Assembly (NCBI GenBank): GCA_003651045.1
Contig: QMTJ01000001.1
Location: forward strand, 1 to 29,892
Length of the DNA: 29,892 nt
Direction: 5' to 3'
DNA from: Thermoplasmata archaeon
GTDB taxonomy: Archaea; Thermoplasmatota; E2; DHVEG-1
Shown here: one piece after another, positions 23,808 through 29,892 of the stretch
Layout: the number at the start of each line of letters is the position of its first letter
Numbering within the stretch: position 1 is the stretch's first letter
Notes under the pieces: generated by a model
What the model saw: the letters and a program-made list of their open reading frames with translations, nothing else
Told to the model about the DNA's origin: nothing
The model's database searches: none
Translations under genes and position numbers: made by a program

Positions 23808-25475
23808 TTGTTTTTCTGTATGGTTATGAAATCTGATATTGAAATAGCTAGGTCTGCTAAGTTGATAGATATTTATGGTGTTGCTAAGAAGATTGGTATT
23901 AATAGTGATGAGTTGATTCCTTGTGGTAATTATAAGGCTAAGGTTTCTTTTAGGGTTTTAGATAGAGTTAAGAATAACAGGGATGGGAAGCTTGTTCTTG
24001 TTACTACTATTAATCCTACTCCTAGTGGTGAGGGTAAGACTACTATGAGTATTGGTCTTACTCAGGCTCTTGTTAGGCTGGGTAAAAAGGCTATGCTTTG
24101 TATTCGTGAGCCGTCTCTTGGTCCTACGATGGGTGTGAAGGGTGGTGCTGCTGGTGGTGGTTATTCTCAGGTTTTACCAATGGAGGATATCAATTTGCAT
24201 TTTACTGGTGATATGCATGCTGTTACTAGTGCTCATAACTTGTTAGCTAGTTTATTGGATAATCATATTCATCATGGTGATGCGTATCATATTGATCCAC
24301 GTTATATTGTTTGGCCTCGTGTGTTGGATATTAGTGATCGTTCTTTGCGTAAGGTTGTTGTAGGTCTTGGTGGCCCTAATAATGGTGTTCCTCATGAGGT
24401 TGAGTTTGCTATTACCCCTGCTTCTGAGGTTATGGCTATTTTGTGTCTTGCTAAGGATTTAAAGGATTTAAAGGAGCGTCTTAGTAGGGTAATTGTGGCT
24501 TATACGTATGATAATAAACCTGTTACTGCTAGTGATTTGAAAGCTGTTGGTGCTATGGCTGTTCTTCTTAGGGATGCATTGAATCCTAATCTTGTTCAAA
24601 CAGTCGAAGGTGCACCTGCTTTTATTCATGGAGGACCTTTCGCAAACATAGCACATGGTACTAGTAGTCTTATTGCTACTAAGATTGCTTTGAAGTTAGC
24701 TGATTATGTAATAACAGAGGCAGGTTTTGGTTCTGAACTTGGTGCTGAAAAGTTTTTTGATATTGTCTGCCGTGTCGGTGGTTTAAAACCTGATGCTGTG
24801 GTTATGGTTGTGAGTATAAGAGCGTTGAAGAGGCATGGCAATGGGACAGGTGCTGATGCAGTAGAGAAAGGTCTTTCTAACCTTGAGAAACATCTTGAGA
24901 ACATATCCTATTTCGGTGTCCCAGTGATCGTTGCTTTGAATCGTTTCATTGATGACACTGATGAAGAAATAGATGTTGTTGAAAACTATTGTAAAGAGAG
25001 AGAGGTTCCATTTGCGGTTGCAGATGTCTGGAGTAAAGGTGGAGAGGGGGGTATTGAGCTCGCGGGTAAACTTGTGAGTCTTATACATAACAGTTCTTCT
25101 AAATTCAAGTATTTATATGATCTAAACCTGCCTGTTAAGGATAAAATTGAGATTATTGCTAAGAAAATGTATGGTGCAGATCGTGTTGTTTATACTGTTA
25201 CTGCTGAACAAGATATTAGACTCTGTGAAGAGTTAAAACTTGATAAACTTCCTATCTGTATAGCTAAAACTCAATATTCGCTCTCTGATGATTCAAAGCT
25301 TCTTGGTAGACCTACTGGTTTTAAGATTACTGTACGTGAGATTAAATTTTCAGCTGGTGCAGGTTTCCTTGTGCCGATGACTGGTAAGATTACTACTATG
25401 CCTGGTCTCCCTGCTAGACCAAGTTCTGAAAATATTGATATAGATAAGGATGGTAACATAACTGGTCTTTATTAA
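23808..25475 (+). CDS. fhs: Formate--tetrahydrofolate ligase
   Basis: TPSGEGKTT, REPSLGPTMGVKGGAAGGGYSQV, LHFTGDMHA, HGGPFANIAHG, TEAGFG..GAEKF, TMPGLP. The start is more likely ATG at 23820 or 23826. Confidence 0.98.
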   Translation: MFFCMVMKSDIEIARSAKLIDIYGVAKKIGINSDELIPCGNYKAKVSFRVLDRVKNNRDGKLVLVTTINPTPSGEGKTTMSIGLTQALVRLGKKAMLCIREPSLGPTMGVKGGAAGGGYSQVLPMEDINLHFTGDMHAVTSAHNLLASLLDNHIHHGDAYHIDPRYIVWPRVLDISDRSLRKVVVGLGGPNNGVPHEVEFAITPASEVMAILCLAKDLKDLKERLSRVIVAYTYDNKPVTASDLKAVGAMAVLLRDALNPNLVQTVEGAPAFIHGGPFANIAHGTSSLIATKIALKLADYVITEAGFGSELGAEKFFDIVCRVGGLKPDAVVMVVSIRALKRHGNGTGADAVEKGLSNLEKHLENISYFGVPVIVALNRFIDDTDEEIDVVENYCKEREVPFAVADVWSKGGEGGIELAGKLVSLIHNSSSKFKYLYDLNLPVKDKIEIIAKKMYGADRVVYTVTAEQDIRLCEELKLDKLPICIAKTQYSLSDDSKLLGRPTGFKITVREIKFSAGAGFLVPMTGKITTMPGLPARPSSENIDIDKDGNITGLY

Positions 25476-25519
25476 AATATTATAGTTGGTATATGCGGTA
25501 GGAAAAATTTAAGGATACA

Positions 25520-26863
25520 TTGATATATCAAAAAATCTATCTCGTTTTTGGGAGGTTATCCTTTATGACAGATGATGACTTTGAGTCTCATGTAGATGAT
25601 ATTCTAAATGCTGTTAATGATGTCTCGGAGAAAAAAATTTCTAGAGCAGAAATCGAGAAACAACTCACTAGGTTTATAGAGTATGGTGTACCTCTTGGGC
25701 AGGCTAAGGAGACGCTTGTTAAAAAATATGGTGGTGCTGTTTTTAAGAGTCCCTCGTCTTTAGAACGGGTTTTAATATCTGATCTTAAACCTAATCAACG
25801 TAATGTGAAAATACTTGCTCATGTTGTTGCGGTGAATCCCAAAGAAGTAACTGTTAAAGGTGAAACACGTAAGATATATTATGGGATCCTTGAGGATGAA
25901 AGTGGTACTGTTCCTTTTACTGCATGGAACGATATTGATTTAAAAAAAGGTGATATAGTAGAGATAACAAATGCTTATACTAGGGAATGGCAGGGTTTAG
26001 TTCAGCTTAACCTTGGGGATCGCGTTAGAGTTGAAAAAACTGAGAAAGATAAGCTACCGAAGAGTGCTTTTGAACCTAAGCAGGTGAAAGTGAAGGATTT
26101 ACGTTCTGGCATGGGACGGGTTGATGTTACAGCTAGGGTTCTTGATGTTAATGAAAGAGATGTTGAAGTTAATGGTGAGACGAGGAAGGTTTTTTCAGGT
26201 GTTATCTCTGATGAAACAGGTAAGGCACAGTTTACATGTTGGCATGATTTCAAACTTAAAAAAGGAGAGGTTTATCGTATCACGGGTGGATATGTAAAAT
26301 CCTGGAAGGGTATCCCTCAGCTTACTTTTGATTCTAATGCTTCTGTTAAGAAACTTGATAAAAGTAAGATATTAAAAGGTGAACTTCAGCTGGTTAAAAT
26401 GCCTTTACATGAGTTGATAGAGAAACGTGGTGCACTTGATGTAGAGGTTGAAGGTACAGTTATTGATATTAGATCTGGTTCTGGTTTTGTTATGAGGTGC
26501 CCAGAGTGTAACCGTGTTTTGCAAAACAATAGATGTAGTATTCATGGTGAAGTGGAGGGTAAACCTGATTTAAGGGTTAAACTTGTTTTAGATGATGGAA
26601 CTGGTGCTGTTGATAGTGTATTAAACAAGGAGTTATCTGAGAAATTACTTGGTAAAACACTTGATGAATGTAAAAAAATGGGAGAGGATGAATTGATTAA
26701 TGAGATTAACAATAAGTTTTTTGCGCATAGGGTTACTCTCAGAGGTAACGCACTTAGTGACGAGTTTGGGACAACGGTTATAGCGAAAGAAGCTGATTTT
26801 GTTGAAGTAAATGTGAGAGAGGATGCTGAAAAATTATCTGAAGAGTTAGGGGGTTTGTTATGA
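25520..26863 (+). CDS. rpa: Replication protein A large subunit (three OB folds, Zn finger)
   Basis: Two similar OB folds (GILEDESGTVPFTAW; GVISDETGKAQFTCW) and a third with CPEC..CSIH. The likely start is ATG at 25565, after SD GGAGGT at 25551-25556. Confidence 0.92.
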   Translation: MIYQKIYLVFGRLSFMTDDDFESHVDDILNAVNDVSEKKISRAEIEKQLTRFIEYGVPLGQAKETLVKKYGGAVFKSPSSLERVLISDLKPNQRNVKILAHVVAVNPKEVTVKGETRKIYYGILEDESGTVPFTAWNDIDLKKGDIVEITNAYTREWQGLVQLNLGDRVRVEKTEKDKLPKSAFEPKQVKVKDLRSGMGRVDVTARVLDVNERDVEVNGETRKVFSGVISDETGKAQFTCWHDFKLKKGEVYRITGGYVKSWKGIPQLTFDSNASVKKLDKSKILKGELQLVKMPLHELIEKRGALDVEVEGTVIDIRSGSGFVMRCPECNRVLQNNRCSIHGEVEGKPDLRVKLVLDDGTGAVDSVLNKELSEKLLGKTLDECKKMGEDELINEINNKFFAHRVTLRGNALSDEFGTTVIAKEADFVEVNVREDAEKLSEELGGLL

Positions 26864-27861
26864 AACGTGAAACTGCTTGGAGGGTTTTTGCAGGTGAGTA
26901 TAATGATTCTACTGTTGAGATAAAAGGAGATGGTGAAAAAAAACCTTCGTATATTGTTACTCCACTAGGTGCTAAGGTTAACCGTGTTTTTATCATTGGT
27001 GTTCTCACTGATGTAGAGAATATCTCTGAAGGTGGTGATATGGTTAGAGCTCATGTTTCTGATCCTACTGGTGTTTTTACATTGTATTCTGGGCAGTATC
27101 AAAAGGATGTGACTGATATTCTTTCTAGTATTGAGGTTCCGGCTTTTGTTGCGGTTATTGGTAAGGTGCGTACGTATTCGCCAGAGGAAGGAGTATTGTA
27201 TGTTTCTATAAGACCTGAACGGGTTGCAGAGGTTAACGCGGATATCAGGGATAAATGGATTCTGGAGACGTGTAAAAGTACGAAAGAACGTATTGAAGCA
27301 ATTTTTGAAGCTATGAAAATGGATAAGCCAGATGTTTATGCACTTAAGAAACTAGGGTATAGCAAAGAGTTATCTGAGGGTGTAATAGCTGCATTAAAAA
27401 ACTATGGACGGAGTATTGATCTTAACAAGTATGTAACGCTTCTGCAGGAGTCGTTGGAGTATCTTGTACCAGGTGGAGAAACAAAAACATTACCTATTCC
27501 GAAAACTGATGAAAAACAAGAAAAAGTAGAGGAAAAACATGAAAAAGAACCGTTACTGGAATCTATAGAATCTGAAACAATAGAGGAAGAAACAAGAGAA
27601 GAACCTAGGCTGGAAGCTGCTGAGGAAGTAAAAAAAGAAGAAGAGGAGGATGAAGGAGACTCTATCGAGGTTGAAAACAGTGTTTTGGAAACTATAAAAG
27701 ATTTAGAAGGTAAAGATGAAACCGGTGCGCAGTGGGATACTATCGTGGAGGAATGCAAGAAAAAAGGTTTTGATAAGGATACCGTGGAGGAAGCAATTGC
27801 GTCACTTATGAATAAAGGGTTTATTTATGAGCCTACTCTTGGGGTTATCAAGACAACTTAA
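26860..27861 (+). CDS. RPA small subunit / RPA-associated protein (RPA32-like OB fold, acidic linker, C-terminal winged helix)
   Basis: RETAWRVFAGE, GAKVNRVFIIGVL, SDPTG and C-terminal VEEAIASLMNKGFIYEP. ATGA overlap with rpa. Confidence 0.88.
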   Translation: MKRETAWRVFAGEYNDSTVEIKGDGEKKPSYIVTPLGAKVNRVFIIGVLTDVENISEGGDMVRAHVSDPTGVFTLYSGQYQKDVTDILSSIEVPAFVAVIGKVRTYSPEEGVLYVSIRPERVAEVNADIRDKWILETCKSTKERIEAIFEAMKMDKPDVYALKKLGYSKELSEGVIAALKNYGRSIDLNKYVTLLQESLEYLVPGGETKTLPIPKTDEKQEKVEEKHEKEPLLESIESETIEEETREEPRLEAAEEVKKEEEEDEGDSIEVENSVLETIKDLEGKDETGAQWDTIVEECKKKGFDKDTVEEAIASLMNKGFIYEPTLGVIKTT

Positions 27862-27891
27862 AAAAAAATTTTTATATCTTCCAGTTTTTTT
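27860..27891. terminator. Bidirectional oligo-T terminator candidate at a convergent junction
   Basis: A9 at 27860-27868 and T7 at 27885-27891 between the RPA operon and the NosD-like gene. Confidence 0.5.
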
Positions 27892-27892
27892 A

Positions 27893-28894
27893 TTATTTTA
27901 GTTTTTTTCTGTTTTTATAGTACCATATTACTCCTATTAATAATATGAAGAGTATCGCTGCTATCATGCTTACTAATAACATGAAATATAGGGTGTCTAG
28001 GTTTACTTCGAATTTTATTTCTTTATATGATGATATTAACGGATAGTTGTCCTGGTTACCCGTTCCTGGTATAGTATATGGTGTATCGCCGATGCCGTTT
28101 CTGTTTTCATCAGTGCCGTTGTAGTCGCTCCAGTAGTTACACACGTATAGTTTTGTACTGTACCATGTGTTTTTTCCATAGTCGTTTGCATTGTAATATG
28201 TGTTGTTGATGAAGTTGTTGTAATAGAGGATGTTGTTGTTGGATGTGCTATCTATTAGGATGCCGTTTCTGTTGTTTAAAATGTTGTTTTTTATGATGAT
28301 ATTGTTTGAACTGTTTCTTAGTATAATTGATATCCATGTGTTGTTTATGATGTTGTTGTTTTTTATTGTGTTATGGTTGCTATTGTTTAGTTTTATTGCG
28401 TATCCTTCATTGTTTATGATATTGCAGTTGGTTATTAGGTTGTTGTTTGATTGTATTTCTATTCCTATTCCGTAGTAGTAGAAATCTGCTGGAGGAGTAT
28501 TGGTGAAGTTTTTCTTAAAAGATGGTATTGTTCCGTTTTTTATTGTGAGGTCTTTGATGGTTACATCGTCTGCTGAGATACCAAGTACGCATGTTGAATA
28601 GGGGTTTAACCTAATGCCTTCTATGGTTGTGTTTTCTTTGTTTTTTCCTATTAGTTTGATTGATTTGTTGATCCATATTCCGCCGGGGTAGGTGCCGTTG
28701 TAGATGTAGATTGTATCACCGTTAGATGCGTTTTTTATAGCTTCTTCTATAGAAGTGTATTCTTGGTTTCCATTGTCATCTACGTATAAAATTTTAGTAT
28801 GCGGCTGTTCACTTCTCACGTTTAGAATAGGTATAATGTTGATAGTTAGTAGTAGAACGCATATTATTGTTATTGTTTTTATAGGTGTTTTCAT
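27893..28894 (-). CDS. Cell-surface parallel beta-helix protein (NosD/CASH-like) with signal peptide and C-terminal TM anchor
   Basis: YTSIEEAI..A..GDTIYI..GTY, Asn-rich SNNNxIxNNxI repeats, NYWSDY.G.D..GIGDTPY.I..D.YPL, then a TM helix and a KNRKKLK tail. Confidence 0.9.
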   Translation of the reverse strand: MKTPIKTITIICVLLLTINIIPILNVRSEQPHTKILYVDDNGNQEYTSIEEAIKNASNGDTIYIYNGTYPGGIWINKSIKLIGKNKENTTIEGIRLNPYSTCVLGISADDVTIKDLTIKNGTIPSFKKNFTNTPPADFYYYGIGIEIQSNNNLITNCNIINNEGYAIKLNNSNHNTIKNNNIINNTWISIILRNSSNNIIIKNNILNNRNGILIDSTSNNNILYYNNFINNTYYNANDYGKNTWYSTKLYVCNYWSDYNGTDENRNGIGDTPYTIPGTGNQDNYPLISSYKEIKFEVNLDTLYFMLLVSMIAAILFILLIGVIWYYKNRKKLK

Positions 28895-29033
28895 AATGGT
28901 TCAACAAGGTTCTTAATGATTAATTATAGCTTTATATTTTTGCTATATTTCCATTTTGTCTTTTTTTCAACATAGCGTTTTTAACAGGATAATTTTAAAT
29001 ATTGTGAATGATAGACATTAGCATATTAATTTA

Positions 29034-29342
29034 ATGGTACAGGTGGATGAGTATATGAAGAAATATGGAGAGAAGGAAAAGTACCCGCCGTTATATGATG
29101 TTTTTGAGTTAGGTGATAGGGTAAAAAGATGTTATAAGGATAAAAACGGTAAGAATAAAGAGTATAGGGGTATTGTGTTAGCAATTGATGATCACTGTAT
29201 GGAGATTTATTGGGATACGGAGAATGGTAAATATCGACCTAAGGATATGGATATCGCGTTTACTAATTGTAGTGTAAAGGAAGTTTTTGGTGGGAATAAA
29301 AAATATACACCTATTGAAAAGGAAAAATCCAGATATATTTAG
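29034..29342 (+). CDS. Hypothetical protein, possible SH3-like beta barrel
   Basis: 102-aa ORF with a FELGDRV...YRGIVLAI...EIYWD pattern. Confidence 0.65.
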   Translation: MVQVDEYMKKYGEKEKYPPLYDVFELGDRVKRCYKDKNGKNKEYRGIVLAIDDHCMEIYWDTENGKYRPKDMDIAFTNCSVKEVFGGNKKYTPIEKEKSRYI

Positions 29343-29456
29343 GGATATATTTTGAGATATATAATTATATATTCCCACTTGGTTCTGAAGTCTATACCAT
29401 AATTTTAATACCATCCTCCTCATTGATGTATTTATGTGTGAGGAGAAACAAAAAAA

Positions 29457-29654
29457 ATGGTAAATAAAGAATCACTACCTCTAATAATAGCATTATTAAT
29501 CCCCGTGATCTTAGTATTAATTATTGTTTTATATTATTATGGATATGATATAACACTTTTTTTAAGAAAAATCCCGGTTGTTTATTATATTATTATCTTA
29601 CCTATCGCTCTTGGTTTCACAGTTGCTATGGTTAAATGGATACACCCTGAGTAA
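29457..29654 (+). CDS. Small membrane protein (2 TM, 65 aa)
   Basis: SD GAGGAG about 11 nt upstream and two hydrophobic helices. Confidence 0.7.
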   Translation: MVNKESLPLIIALLIPVILVLIIVLYYYGYDITLFLRKIPVVYYIIILPIALGFTVAMVKWIHPE

Positions 29655-29833
29655 AAACCATTTAATATATACAAAAAATGTACTAAAAAGATATATTTTT
29701 ATATATTACTATTTAGTATAACCAACAAAACCTTCAACTTTTATTTTAACAACCCTTCACAATAAAATATTTTTAGATAACACCTGTACAACAATTATTA
29801 TATATTTACAAATATAAAACTCTTTTGAAAACT

Positions 29834-29892
29834 ATGCTGATCATTGGATTATTATCCACAAAACAAGAAGCAGAAGAAATAAAATACATAGC
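29834..29892 (+). CDS. Possible 5' end of a gene running off the window (MLIIGLLSTKQEAEEIKYI...)
   Basis: ATG with an open frame to the window edge and a TATA-like TTATATATTTA about 30 nt upstream. Too short to identify. Confidence 0.3.
   Translation, partial: MLIIGLLSTKQEAEEIKYI

Noticed and set aside
28200-28450. (GTT)n-like microsatellite appearance on the plus strand
   Set aside because: It is explained by AAC-encoded Asn runs of the beta-helix protein; the codon aspect is reported separately.
104-29423. Short alternative-frame ORFs in the track (e.g. 104-343, 4335-4529, 7419-7778, 12453-12752, 12753-13094, 18239-18667, 23086-23403, 27402-27758, 28230-28475, 29178-29423)
   Set aside because: They overlap well-supported genes in antisense or shifted frames, lack SD signals and motifs, and have shadow-ORF composition.
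1-29892. tRNA, rRNA or other structured ncRNA, transposases, integrases
   Set aside because: No GC-rich cloverleaf or stem-rich segments in the spacers and no recognisable recombinase motifs. A covariance-model scan was not possible.

Overview
AT-rich archaeal chromosomal window. Markers are ABCE1/Rli, an archaeal RPA pair, alpha2-type GlyRS, a thiolase+DUF35 pair and GGAGG/GAGGTGA ribosome-binding sites. The PKD and NosD-type surface proteins and amino-acid catabolism suggest a Thermoplasmata-like sediment heterotroph (inference). It holds 26 complete CDS that I accept plus a possible partial ORF at the right edge. I saw no tRNA, rRNA, CRISPR array, transposase or integrase. Housekeeping genes are glyS, rli and rpa. 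Catabolic genes are a lysine cluster (split LKR + SDH in eukaryotic AASS order, plus lat) and a histidine-to-folate cluster (APC permease, hutI, FTCD, fhs). The most striking element is at 13303-14114: a solo Cas4-like Fe-S nuclease with all catalytic motifs intact, split into two genes exactly where a pair of transmembrane helices is inserted, so both halves are predicted to be tethered to the inner membrane face. It is divergent from an eRF1-family paralogue lacking NIKS and with GGWSQ instead of GGQ, and lies about 2 kb from ABCE1. Also notable are a thiolase lacking the catalytic Cys, a lysine gene trio that formally closes into a transhydrogenation cycle, and kb-scale flips in third-codon-position bias. 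All functional calls come from motif recognition by eye; no searches were run.
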